Source: the human T2T-CHM13v2.0 reference genome, Homo sapiens. Taken from it: a stretch of DNA of 64,000 nt. Every line of letters begins with the position of its first letter. Position 1 is the first letter of the stretch. This document shows positions 1 through 12,394 of this stretch, one piece after another. Location: NCBI RefSeq assembly GCF_009914755.1, contig NC_060946.1; one strand, written 5' to 3'. The notes under the pieces are model-generated. The model ran no database searches and was not told the origin of the DNA. It saw only the letters and a program-made list of their open reading frames with translations. Position numbers and translations under genes: made by a program.

Positions 1-1166
1 ATGAATTTGCAGAAAATTGAGAAGTTGGATATGAGTGGAGGACATTGGAGAGGGAGATGGTAGGATGACACAATGAATGCAATACCATGCAATACAATTA
101 CATTAAATTCAATTAAAGTGGAGAGAATTAGAGCCAGGACGGCAGAGCTATAAACCAGAAGACCTGACCTCAAGTCCCAGTTCTGTGAGCCTGGCCTGCA
201 AGCCCCTAAGTTGCAGAGTAACCCTAGGCCACTCTCCTTCCTCCTTAACCTGCTCTTCCTCCTCCGTGGACTGAAGGGGACCGAGGCTAATGACCCTGCA
301 GACCTTTCTAGCTTGAGCAACCCCAGAGTCTCTGATTAACTAAATGACACCTCCAGCTAATTAACCAATAGTGCCAAATTAATTAAGGCCTGAGAAAGTG
401 ATTATCTCAACCCTGGGCTTTCTTATGCTTCTTGGATATCATCGGAGGGAAAACGGGGACTATGCAACAACAAAGAATGCAAGAAACACCCAGGGGAGCA
501 GGGGTGGGGGCTTTCAATCACCTGGAATCAATGCACAGTATTCCTGACTCTCGCTGGAATACTGTGGGTCTGCACAAATCATTAAGCCCCACTCTGTTGG
601 CAGGATACTTGGTCCGAGGTCCAGCTTTCCTCACTGGAAATCCACACGGGGTTAGTTTGGCCCCATGAAGCATGGGGATTGAATTTCTCTGCTCATCCTT
701 GTCATGGAAAAGCAGAAATGTGGTGGTAGTTAGAAGTTTGGGATTTGTTGGGGATTTATTCTTTTTTTTTGGTCAGTTTCAGAAAAGTCATTGACTTTCA
801 GTGGATCTGAAGTGAAGGCCCTGGATGGAAGAACAGGGTAGGCCCCAATCATAGCAGGAATGCATCCAAATTTCTTTGCATCATTTTCAGGGAGAATATA
901 AGCTATACCCTGTTGAGACAGGGACAGAAGGGAGGGACTTTTCATTACCACACAGTTGGTCCTGTTGTGTGGTCACCTTGAAGGTTCATGGTTCGAAAAG
1001 GAGCCTGAGTGAATGGGAGGTGCTGAGAGAGAATGCTAAGAATCAAAGTTCAGAAGAGAGAGTTGGGGATTGGGCTGGGGTGCTGTCCAGCCACAGGGCT
1101 GATGGTCCCAATAGCCCTTCACTGCAGCAGATAGGGAGTTTGGCTACAGAAAGATTTCCTGTGTGT

Positions 1167-1464
1167 GGTCGGGTGTGGTGGCTCATGCCTGTAATCCCAG
1201 CACTTTGCGAGGCCAAGGCAGCCAGATCACGAGGTCAGGAGATTGAGACTATCCTGGCTAACATGGGGAAACCCCATCTCTACTAAAAATACAAAAAAGT
1301 AGCCAGGCGTAGTGGTGGGCACCTGTAGTCCTAGCTACTCAGGAGGCTGAGGCAGGAGAATTGCTTGAACCAGGAGGCAGAGGTTGCAGTGAGCTGAGAT
1401 CGCACTACTGCCCTCCATCCTGGGTGACGGAGCGAGACTCTGTCTCGAAAAAAAAAAAAAAAAA
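1167..1464 (+). mobile_element. Full-length Alu SINE, AluSc-like
   Basis: Dimeric Alu from GGTCGGGTGTGGTGGCTCATGCC to poly-A 1448-1464. GATCACGAGGTCAGGAGAT/CTGGCTAAC (Sc/Y-type) with TTGCTTGAACC/GAGGTTGCAG (S-type). Degenerate TSD aaagatttcctgtgtgt / aaaggcttcccgtgtgt. Confidence 0.95.
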
Positions 1465-1629
1465 GGCTTCCCGTGTGTGATGACAATTGATATTGTTTTT
1501 GGAAACAGATTTTTTTTTTTTTTTTGTAAAATTGATGCTTTCCAATTGTATAAGAAAACATAAGGGAGGAGGAGGGATGAAGATAGGGAGAAAAGACAAG
1601 CATTTAAAAGTACAAGGATGAAAGGAAAA

Positions 1630-2170
1630 ACATCCTTTAGTGCCTCTGGTCTTGCTAGTCCCCCTAGAATGCAGCCCCTTGAAGGGAACCATATTGTCCC
1701 ACATGTACCTCCAGGGTCTCCGCTAAGGAGAAAAGATACTCCTACAGGGAAAAACATGGTACACTCGAGGACTCTCTTGGGAGGATCATCAATCCCCCAG
1801 CTCCATGCATATCCAATTGGTTGGAACCATTTACAGCATAGAAGGGGAGGCAAGACTTGCTGTGCCCACCTTCCCACACCTCCAGGCCTGGTGCCATGTG
1901 ATATAAATCGTGGGCTCTGCAATTGTGCCTGCGTCCACTTCCCATAATCTTGGAGCTCCCCATGAAGGAGAAAACAGGCAGAGTGTGATTTCACAGAGTG
2001 CGATTCACAGCAGAAACTGCCAGAAGGAGACTGGGACAGGACTGGGGGAGTGTGTCACAGGGATCTGTTTTTCAATCATGCTCTGGGGAAGCTGGTACCA
2101 CTTTTTGCTAGTACTTAAAAAGGCAAGTGGCATCTGGATGCCCAAATAGGGAATAATTTTCTCTTCACCA
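1630..2170. mobile_element. Possible highly decayed LTR-like element
   Basis: CCAAT and TATAAA-like motifs and a CA end resemble old LTRs; family not recognised. Confidence 0.2.
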
Positions 2171-2379
2171 TTTTTGTCTCTGATGAAAATCTCCTAATTA
2201 GAATTGGAGCCATTCAATTAGATAGGGCCAGAGTGTACAGTGACAGAATACTCCTCCCAGATATGCTCGATGTTCACAACAGCCTGAAGGTTTATCCTTC
2301 CTTGTTTTCAAAACTGAGAAAACTGAGGCCCTGGGATTTGAAGTGACCTCCTCAGGGTCCCTGGATCACTCAGTTGCAG

Positions 2380-2825
2380 AAAAAGAATAAGTATGCAGAC
2401 CTCCCCACATCTGGCTTTAGTTCTTCCCTCTCCAGCTTCATTTCCTACCACTCTCCCCCAAGGGCTTTGCTCAGCACGAGTTTTGAACCATGCATGCCTC
2501 ACACCCTATACTTCCTCATCTTCATGCTGTTACCCATGCTATTTCTTCTCTTTGGAATTTTTTTTCCTTTCTGGCAAGTTCCATCTTGTATTTGTAGACC
2601 TAGTTCGGATGTTCTCTGGCTGCCAAGATCTCCAAGTAAAATAACTCCTCCCCTGTTCTTGCACTGGATTTGTGCCATTTACATTTATTGTTGTAATCTC
2701 CTACTGTGTCTCCCCAACTACGTTGGTATGATTGCAGACTGTAGCCATGTCCTATTCAGTGATGCTTTCCTAGATATTCGCACAGGTGAATATTTGTCAA
2801 ATGAATGAATGAATAAATAAATGGA
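2380..2825 (+). mobile_element. L2 LINE 3' fragment
   Basis: Ends in the L2 tail ...GAATATTTGTCAAATGAATGAATGAATAAAT; pyrimidine-rich L2-like body. Confidence 0.65.
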
Positions 2826-3329
2826 TTGGATCTGTAAATAGTCTCATAACTCCTTGCTAAAATGGCAACCATTATATTAAGCTGCCTCATTTAGCATCAG
2901 GCACAGACACAGAGACAGCTGGGTGCGTGATGCCTGATATCTTACCACAGTGGTGCTCAGCAGAAGGATCCCAGATAACAATGCCCTTTATTCTGTCCCA
3001 TGCCATGTGATCCCCCATTAAGCAGATGGAAAGGGCCTGCCTCACTCTCCTGCTTCCAGGAAAGTGATGTGCCCTCTCTTCTTTGGGTTGTCACCAGCAA
3101 CATGATAAAGTAGATTGCTTTTCAATTATATCTTTTATAATTGAAATATTAATTATAAATATTTCTCCTAATTTTCTAATGAAATGTCCTTGTCTCAAAG
3201 CCTATCAACGTTAGAACCAGGAGGAGATTTAGATGATAAATGGCCAAGAATCTCTAGAAATTGCTTTGAGGATTCAAGGTGGCTTCCCAGATGTTGGCCT
3301 TAAGCCAGGACACCTTGGCTCTTGTCTTC

Positions 3330-3740
3330 ACAGTCAGTGACTTGCTGTATGACCTTGGACACATCAATTACCTCCTCTGAGCCTCCATCTCTCCACCTGT
3401 AACATGGAAATAAATGCATTGTCTACCTTGCAGGGCTGCTATGGCGAGCTCCATGTGGTGTCAGGCATGAACCAAATGATAGCAGTTGTTGTTGTTGTTG
3501 TTACAGCAGCTGCAGCCTGACTGCCTAGATTTCACTCCTGGTCTTACTACTTAACCACCTTGGTGGACTTAAGACAAGTAACCTGATGTTTCAAAGTTCA
3601 CTTTCTCAATTGTGAAAGGGAGTAATATTAATTTCCACCTCATAGGATTGTTGTGAAGACTAGTTGAGATATTACATGTAAACTAGTACATAGATTAGTG
3701 GCAGACACATAGGGAGTGCTCAGTAAATTATAGCTCTTAT
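3330..3740 (+). mobile_element. Two tandem MIR SINEs
   Basis: Core-like TGACCTTGGAC..CTCTGAGCCTCCATCTCTCCACCTGTAACATGG, then a second copy ..CCTCATAGGATTGTTGTGAAGA..GTGCTCAGTAAAT. Confidence 0.75.
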
Positions 3741-4594
3741 TAGAGTTTGAAAGTTGACTATTTGCTGGAGACTCAGCATTAACATTCTAAAATCTTAGAG
3801 CTAAAATAAGTCATGGGAGGACACTCTTCCCATTTCTCAGCTGGGAAAACTGAGGCCTAGAGTGGTTAGGTCATGGGCTGGAGGACAAAAGCAAAGGTTT
3901 CCTGGCCCCCCCAGCCTCCCCCTTTGAACCCACAGTGGGAGGTGGCTGGAGATAGGGTTGACAAATATCTCAATAGAGCTGCTGGGATCTTTCCCCACAC
4001 CAGGAGCCATGGCTGTTATCTGGGAGGCAGCCACTCCTTGCTTCCATGTCATCATTGTCTTTCCCTCATCCCAGAATCCCATGAGGACTGGATGGGGATC
4101 TTGGGGGAGTACTTCCAGCCATTTTGAGGATGCCTTTGCCCTCAAATTCAAGAAACAAGTAAGGACTGAGTGCATTCCAAAAGTTAAATGCACTATTGGA
4201 AATCTGTAACAGGCCACTTGACTGTGTGCCTGACAGGGCCCTTGCCCTCCTGGAAAGGGTATTCTATTTGGGAGCTGGCAACAAACAAACCAGCATTAAG
4301 ATCATGATGAAATAGAGAGAACTGAGTACCGAGCCTTTTCGATGAGGAGACCAGAGAAGGCTCTGCCATTGGCCCTTACACACACAGCCTTAGGACCCCA
4401 TTCCATCCCCAAATGGATTTTTTCCCAGGGGCCCTATGGGTTCATATGCAAATTAACTCTTGGTGGCTTACCTAGATATCCAAGAATTCCCAAGGTGAGC
4501 TTGTAGACCAACTTCCTTGGAAAATGCTTCAACATTTCCTCTTCTTGCCTCTCCATGAGTTGCAACAGTGAGTTTAGGCTGATTCCAAGCTCAA

Positions 4595-4805
4595 TACGTC
4601 TACCTTCAAATTGAGAATCCTCCACTCATCTCTGCCATGTGACTTTGGACAACTTACTTAACCTCTCTGAACCTCACTTCCTTGTCACTAATACAAGGTG
4701 GTTATGATAATAAAATCTAACTGTAAGGTTGTTGGGATAACTGGATGAGATCATATATAAAAAAGCACATAGATATGCCTCAGAAATGTTAACCGTTATT
4801 AATTC
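4595..4805 (+). mobile_element. MIR SINE
   Basis: TGTGACTTTGGACAACTTACTTAACCTCTCTGAACCTCACTTCC core. Confidence 0.75.
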
Positions 4806-5430
4806 TTTTTCTTTATCCTTTCACCTCCATCTCTGTACACTCCTTTTTTCTATACCCTCCTTCTCCTGTCTTCATTCTATCCTCCCATCTTATACCTCTT
4901 TCTCTGCTACCTACTTCTTGTCCCCCTCCTCCTCCTTCTCCTCCTCCTGGTAAATATCCAGATAGATTTTATCCTACCAGGACTAAGAACACAAATGCCC
5001 TCAAACCATCTCCAAGTGGTCAAACCAAGAATATATTCTGCCCAGATGAGCAAAACCAGAAAGTTTGTCTGAGTGACGCTGCAGATCAGCCTCCTGGTGG
5101 TAGGTTCACAGAGGGCTCTTCACTCCATTTTCTGGGCACCGAGGTTGTGGCTGAATCTGCCTTCCCACGACCCACATGCGCCTCCCTATCCTCCATCAAT
5201 GTGGAGGACAAAATACATCCTGGCCATACTGTAGAGATGTAGGGTGGGGCTTCCTCACAAGCCCCTGAAACAAAGGCATACTGCGTCTAACTTATTTTAG
5301 CAGTTTTCAGTAATATAATTTTCAGTTCATTTGGTTATCAGAAACACACTTTTTTTCCCTTTTCTTCTCACCAAAAAGGCAAAGCAGATCTAGGCTGTTC
5401 TGGGGGTGCTAGTGGCTTGATATTCTTTAT

Positions 5431-5438
<8 letters not shown>

Positions 5439-5464
<26 letters not shown>
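5439..5464. repeat. (AT)n microsatellite
   Basis: Pure AT dinucleotide run. Confidence 0.95.
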
Positions 5465-5489
5465 CTCCTCACTAATTTCTCCATGCTGT

Positions 5490-5860
5490 GGAGAATTTGT
5501 CACACGCACAGGTCTGTTTGATTTCATTAAACAGAATATTTAAGCATAAAAATTGTTTAATCGCCTTGTGTCATTATGAGATGAATTTCATTTTGCATAC
5601 ATTTGCATATTTCATCAGAATTAAGGCTGCTAATATGCAAATGAGAGACAGGTTGTGGCTGAGGTGTTTATTGTAATAGCTGCAGGCTGTTCCACTTGGA
5701 CAGCTTTCTAGGTGGTGGGGAAGGAGGGGGAAGGAGAACTTGGGGTGGCTCAGAACACCTCAGGAAACCCAGGAGTCTCTGGGGCTTCAGCCGTGGCAGA
5801 GCAGAGATGCGTGGGCGTGGCGCACCTTGCTGCCCTACGACACTGGCCAATCAGAGCAGG
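5490..5860. promoter_or_regulatory. Candidate promoter/enhancer: two octamers, EGR/KLF-SP box, CCAAT box
   Basis: ATTTGCAT 5601-5608, ATGCAAAT 5635-5642, GCGTGGGCG 5809-5817, GGCCAATCAG 5845-5854 in repeat-free sequence. Confidence 0.45.
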
Positions 5861-8139
5861 CTGGGCTGGGGAGGCAGGAGGAAGCCCAGCTGTCTGCCCC
5901 AAAGGCTCCTGGGAGCCCGTGGGTACCAGGGATGGAGTGAGGGACCTGGGCAAGGCTGGGGGCATGCTGTTTGCCGAGGTCTCTGCCTCAGCATGAGCAG
6001 ATGACATTCCGGAGGCCTCCCCAGCCTTCTCCCTTCTCTCTCTGTTGCTGCTTCTTCCTCTGCCTGCTGGTTTTTTTGTTTGTTTTTTGTTTTTTGTTTT
6101 TTTCCTTACCTTTTGTTTCCTCCTTGGCTTTGTTTCAGGCCCTATTTAGTTCCTTGTTAGCCTTTCTCTCTTCCTCTTCTTTGTTTTTCCTTTGCCTGTT
6201 TCCTCCTGCGCGTTCCTCCACCCCATGGGCTGGCATGCTTGTCTATTGGCTTTCCTGCCCTCTGATGCCTGCCTGCTTTGTTCTTTTCCCCACCCTGCCT
6301 TCCTCCTGCCTCAGCTTTCAATTTCGTCCTTCCCAGAGCCCCCTTTCCTCCTGCCCATCGCTCCCCCAGCCTGGAGGGCATCTGCAGCAGCCAGCAATGG
6401 CTTGAGGTGAGGACGGAATCAGAGGTGCCCGCCACCCACCCTCACTTCCTTGCACAGCCTCCCACCCCTCCATCTAAATCCTTGATTAATCCCTGTCCTC
6501 ATTTGAAGGTCAGAGATTAGATACATATCATTTTCCTCTCCAGGGCTGGAGCTGCTGGTCCCCAGGAGAGCCAGTTCCGAGTTACCCCCCAGGCACAGAC
6601 GGAGGAGCAGAGAACTCGGTGTGTAATGAGCCGGCTTCGAGGTCAAGGGGGTGTTTAATACAGATGCAGATTTCAAAAGAAAGTAGTGAGGAGCTTCTTG
6701 CTCCTCTCCTGTGCAGCCCTCCCACAACAATGAGTGAGGATGCTTTGGAAAAAGGACAGTTCATGTGGAGCAAAGTGGAAAGGCAGCTTGAGTCAGGCAC
6801 TGGCCTGAACAAACCAAGCCCCTCCCTTCTCTGGGCCTCAGTTTCTCGCATTTATCTCTTGCAATTCTTTGGAGACTTCAATGGTAGTTGCAGGCAGGAG
6901 GTGATAGGACAGGGTGGAATATGTTTATTGAATCAAACACTATTTATTGAACACCTACTATATGCCAGGCAGTGGGTGGGCACTGGCTACAGCCCTGAAC
7001 AAGAAAGGCAGCTGATATTAACAAGATCATGTCAGATTGTGACAAATTCCCACAGTGAGCCAGTGAACTAAGACTAGATGCACCCCTTTCTACTTCTCTT
7101 TTTGGCTCTTGCTGGTGGCCATGTCTTGGGCCCATTTTCTGAGCCACACTTCCAATGGCTACAGGCCCCTCCCCTCCAGAATGCCCAAGGGCCCTGCAGA
7201 GAATCATTGTTTTTTTTCTGACTCTCTGAGCATCTCCCAAGAGCTGGTTGGGCAGCATCTGCCAGGCAAACCACCACCCTCCCCCCACCCCCCCCCCCCA
7301 CCAGATTAGCTGTTCAGGCCTGCGTTTTAGAGCCTGAGCAATTAAAGCAGAATTAATTGGCTGGTAGGCAATCACCTTCCAATTGGAGCAGGGAGGGAGT
7401 AGGCGGGCCTGTTTTGCTGAGTCGACAAACTGAACACAATGCTCATTGACCAGGGGCAGTGGGGAGGGGGTGGCAAGGCAAGCTGGTGGGAATTAGAGGC
7501 ATCCCCCTCCCCTAGCCCCGAGCCAAATGCAACAGCAAGCCATGGGGATCTGAGCATCTCTGTGGGGAATCCAGCTTCGCTGGTGCGGAACTTTCTGGAA
7601 TAGAACTTTGACTTTGCAACTTCAAAACATCCAATCCAAGGTTGTTTTTCAATTTGAGTTAATTTTTAATATCTTTATTCTCTTCCCAATCACCAAAGCA
7701 ATACATTTTCTATTGATTTTTAAAAATCAAATATTGAAAATATGTATGACTTTAAAAGCCTCATAAAATTATACATCTGCATATATATTAGCATTTGATA
7801 GGAGAAAAATCTGCAAGAATATACACGAAACTGTCGACAGAAGCTAGCCCTGGCGTGTGCATGGAGAGGGGAATTGAAAGAAGCTTGGCTGCACGCAATA
7901 TATTTAAAGGAAAATTTAATGGGCACCAAGATATACAGTGGTGTTTGTTGTTTTTCTTGTTATTTTGGATGATGTCGGTTGGGCTTTATTTTGGTTTTTG
8001 TTTGTTTGTTTAGTATTATAAAAATCAAACATGTTCATGGTGGAAAAAAAATACAGAAATATGTAAAAGACCCCTGAACTCCAGCCTCCCATTTCCGCCC
8101 GTAAGTGGTAACCCAACTGTGAGAAGCTCCGGTAGGGAA

Positions 8140-8360
8140 GAGTGTGGCTCTTGGGCTGGAATTCAGGCTCTTCTGTTTGCTGGCTGTGTGACTGTCTCCA
8201 AGTCACTTGCCTACTTTGGGCCTCAGTTTCTTCATCTGTAAAATGGGGAGGAGACATAATACTTTCCTTCACCTCCTAGGAGAATTGTAGGTAGAGAACT
8301 TTGCACAATGCCTGGCACACAGTAAGTGCTTAACAAATGGCAGCCATTAATCTTAGTTAC
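8140..8360 (+). mobile_element. MIR SINE
   Basis: CCTCAGTTTCTTCATCTGTAAAATGGGG core and tail TGCCTGGCACACAGTAAGTGCTTAACAAAT. Confidence 0.85.
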
Positions 8361-8524
8361 TGCCAACCCTTTCTAGCAAGGTGCCAGCACACAGGTTTTT
8401 AAAGGGATTGATTCGTGGCATCAAAACCACCTAGGATGCAAGGGCCACAAACATCTGCCTCTGTCACTTCGTTGCACCCAAGTAGGATGCCCAAAATAAG
8501 GTAGTTTTACTCTCAGGATACCTA

Positions 8525-8887
<363 letters not shown>

Positions 8888-10324
8888 TTTTTAAAGGTAG
8901 TATATATGGTCCAGAACCCAGAATAGACGACAAGTGGGAGAACAGAGGCTGAGTGACATCAAAGCTGAGATGACAAGGAGAACCTAAAGATACAAGGCCA
9001 ATTCCTGGCTTTGTCTCTACCCAGCTCATGAGCTTGGGTTCACCCCTTTCCCTCTCGAGGGCCTCAGTTTCCCCCTTGGAGACATGGAACAAGGACAAAT
9101 AGCTAATCAGCATGTGTTCACTGATGAAAAAATATTTTAAATTTGCATCATCTTTTTTCTTTTAATGAACTTGCATGCCCAGTAGTCAGCATGCGAGGGA
9201 TTGAGTGAGGGAGAGGTAGCAGTGATGGGAATGCAAGCCAGATAAGTTTGGGTGCCAGAGTGATGAACGGGGGCCCACAAACCCGTGGACAGAGGACCAT
9301 GTTGTCGGGCATCAAAGCTCCTTTCTGGAAGCCCGCAGCTGGGTCTAAGGCAAGGAAACGAGTCAGGAAGTCCTGGGCCTGGAGGTAAGTGTTTGTGTAA
9401 GAAGCAGGGGTGGGAGCCAGGAGGTGGGGGCTGCAATGATTGCACCGAGGAGGCCTCGAAACCTGAGCACATCCTGCAGGCAGTCAGACGGGGTCACCAA
9501 ACCCAGACTAAATAGTCTGGTGGGCCTGGCTCAGGGCTGTCTGGAAAATGATCCTGGGATGGAAGGAGTAAGTCACGGAGGGGGCTGGGAGGAGAGCACG
9601 GTCAAAAACACAGAGGCCTGTATCAGTGGCCACTCTGAGGAGGCTGCCTCCCAAAGGAGGAGCCAAACTGTGAATGAGACAGCGGTTTGTTTGTTTGTTT
9701 GTTTGTTTGTTTCTCCATTTCAGTTTCTACTTGATGGAAGAGGGGGAGGCGGAGGGAGGCTAAAGCTCCTTCAGCCCCCTCAACCCTAGGCCCTCTGCTC
9801 ACCTGTGCAAGGTTCTCAGCTACACACCTTGCTCTGTTCTTCAGGCCTGGAGCCAGGTCCTCACACTCAAAGGGGTCTCAGTACTGCTGTGTGGCCTTAG
9901 GCGGGTGCCCTACCAGTCCTCATAAGCCAAACAGGTATAATAAGCCTGTGTGTCTGTATTGATTGAGGCCAGAGCGACACTAGCACCTATGAGCCTTTGT
10001 GGAGATGGAACAAAGGTGGCCCCTCCAGACAGATGCTGCCACTGGATTCAGATTGGCAAGTTGAGTACCTGGACCAGGTGTACTTGAACAGTGAACAACA
10101 TGGCAGTCCTGGGCAGGAGAGTGAAATGAATAAGGCCTACCTAGTACATCACCTAGCATCTGCTCTGCCAGTCACCGCCCTCAGTGCTCTAAACCTCACA
10201 TCAACATGAGGAGATGGGTGTTTTCATATTTGAACCCAGGTCTAATCCTAAAGCCTTTCCCAGGACACCTCGTTGCCTTATTACTATGAATGTTAACATC
10301 TCTTTCTAACGCATTAGGCTTCTG

Positions 10325-10850
10325 TTTCAATAGCTTTGCCAAAAAGTGGCAAGAATCCAACTGTCCATCACTGGATGAATGGGAAACAAAATGTGGCCTA
10401 TACATACAATGGAATATTATTCAGCCTCAGAAAGGAATGGCATTCAGATATGTGCTTCAACATGGATGAACCTTGAGGATGTAGTGCTAAACGAAATAAG
10501 CCAGGCACAAAGATAACTATTGTATGATTCCAATTATACAGTAGTTTTGCTTGAGGGGACTGAAAGGTAGGGAGCGATCTTGAGAGGTTTCATGAAGAAG
10601 ACACTTTGTAAGCTGAATCTCTCAGTATGAGTTTGCTTGTTTATAGTCCAAAGAGGAGAAAGAAAGTCAAGCATCAAGAATAGCATGTGCAAAGGCCCAG
10701 GGGCCTGAAAGTACATCGGACATCTTCAGGAACTGAAGGAATGTTGGGCTTCAGGAACTGAAGGAATGTTGGGCTTCAGTGAGTTACCTAGAGAAGTTAA
10801 ACTCATAGAGACAGAAAGTGGGGTGGTGGATACCGCAGTGGAAGAGAGGA
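10325..10850 (+). mobile_element. L1M (L1MB-like) 3' UTR fragment, interrupted at 10539-10779
   Basis: CAATGGAATATTATTCAGCC..ACATGGATGAACCTTGAGG..TGTATGATTCCAATTATA, resuming TGAGTTACCTAGAGAAGTTAAACTCATAGAGACAGAAAGT. Confidence 0.85.
10724..10779. repeat. Perfect 25-bp tandem duplication (2.2 copies)
   Basis: CTTCAGGAACTGAAGGAATGTTGGG at 10724-10748 and 10749-10773, then CTTCAG. Confidence 0.97.
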
Positions 10851-10879
10851 AAGAGGAGGAAAGAGAAGCTTTAGCAGCT

Positions 10880-11520
10880 GATATAATCAGAATGCTCAAC
10901 CTAGTCTGGAGAGGCCCTGAAAGGCTGCTCTGAGCCTCTTCAGATGATCACTTTGGATAAGCAGGCTGAAATCGGATCACGTGGAGGGGGCAGAGAACTT
11001 TCCAAGCAGAGGAGACAGCATGTGGAAGGTGGCATGGTGGACCAAGATGCGAATCCCAGAAAGAAAGTCAGTGAGTGTGGCCAGAGCCATGGAAGGGGAG
11101 CCACAGAAGGGGGTGGGGAGACGGGCTGGTGGAAAGGAAGGCAGGTGGAGGGAGGGGCATTCATCGCCCTGCAGGAGGGACTCTGTTCCACAGCCTGGGG
11201 ACAGCAGGAAGTGTGGAAGGGGCTCACCAGGTGGGACGTGATTGAAGGTGTGTCTGAAAAGATCACATTTATTGCTGAGTGTGCAATGGATTCTAGGAAG
11301 CTGTAAGGCAGAAGGGAGATGTGTTAAGAGGCCACTGCAGGTATCGTGGTGAGAGATGGTGGTGTTGGCAGCAGACAGGCTGCAGAAGATGGGGTGAAGA
11401 AAATGATGACTCAACGGAGATTTAGACAGGAAAATCTCCAGAATCTGCTAACTGTGATGGAGACCCTGGGAGAAGAGCAGGCATGGGGTGGGAAGACAGG
11501 AGATGAATCTACAGTCACAA
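10880..11520 (-). mobile_element. L2 LINE fragments
   Basis: Purine-rich antisense-L2 phrases (CAACCTAGTCTGG..GAAAGGCT, GGTGAGAGATGGTGGTG, GAAGAGCAGGCATGGGG). Confidence 0.55.
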
Positions 11521-11699
11521 AAATGCTCTTGGCAGCCAGCAATCCCCGCCCTGTTAATTTACAGATGGGAAACTGAGCTGCTTAAAAGCAATGTCTTTCC
11601 CAAGATAGCACATTGAGGCCATGGCCAAGCCAGGCCAAAATTGAGGTCCCATGTGAATGACTATGAGGCATCAGCTATAATCCAGCCAAGACAGAAAAC

Positions 11700-12135
11700 T
11701 TCATTCATTCATTCATTTATTTGTTCATTCATTCAATAAGCATTTTTTGATTGGATAAATATATCCCAGTTCCTGCCCTCCAGGAGTTTTTGGTGGGGGA
11801 GACAGACACATCCACCTGCCATGGTAACCCAGAGTGGGTAAGTCTCCCAGGGGGGCTCATCACAGCTGCAGAAAGTACAGAGAAAGAAGCACAAATTGTG
11901 CTCGAGAGGGTTGAAAGGTAGGGAGGGATCTCAAGAGACTTCATGAAGGAGATACTTTTTGAGTTGAATCTCTAGGTATGAGATTATTCATTGTCCAAAG
12001 GGGAAAAAGAAAATCAGGCATCAGGAATAGGATGTGCAAAGGGCCACAGGCATGAAAGTGCATTGGGCATATTCAGGTACTGAAGGATTGGTTGGAATGG
12101 AGTAAGTGCCATGAAGCAGGAGTGGCCTGAGGGTC
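11700..12135 (-). mobile_element. L2 LINE 3' fragment (donor of the 10539-10748 copy)
   Basis: Begins with the (TTCA)n tail; CCTGCCCTCCAGGAG; ATGTGCAAAGG..GGCATGAAAG. Confidence 0.75.
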
Positions 12136-12394
12136 CAGGTCAGATGACACACTCTGGAGGGTTGATCTCAGCTCTCAGGCAAGCCTGAGACCCACCACTT
12201 AGAGCCCCAACTTCAGCTCTGTAGGTGATGGCTTTTGCTGTTGCTGCTGTTGCTGTTGTTGTTTTGTTGTTGTCGTTAACAGGAAGCCTCCTTTTGCAGA
12301 GCAAAACACTAACATCCCCCTTAATACAAAAACACGTGATGTTTAATAGTTTTATCCACAGGCTAACTGTTAAGTAGCCTTGTTTAACCAAGAG

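Noticed and set aside
1335-1994. 219-aa minus-strand ORF and overlapping ORFs
   Set aside because: The C-terminus is antisense Alu and poly-A/T runs; no recognisable domain or exon structure.
10724-10779. Direct repeats considered as a CRISPR-like array (also 56873-56946)
   Set aside because: No spacers, no cas genes, and a primate genomic context.
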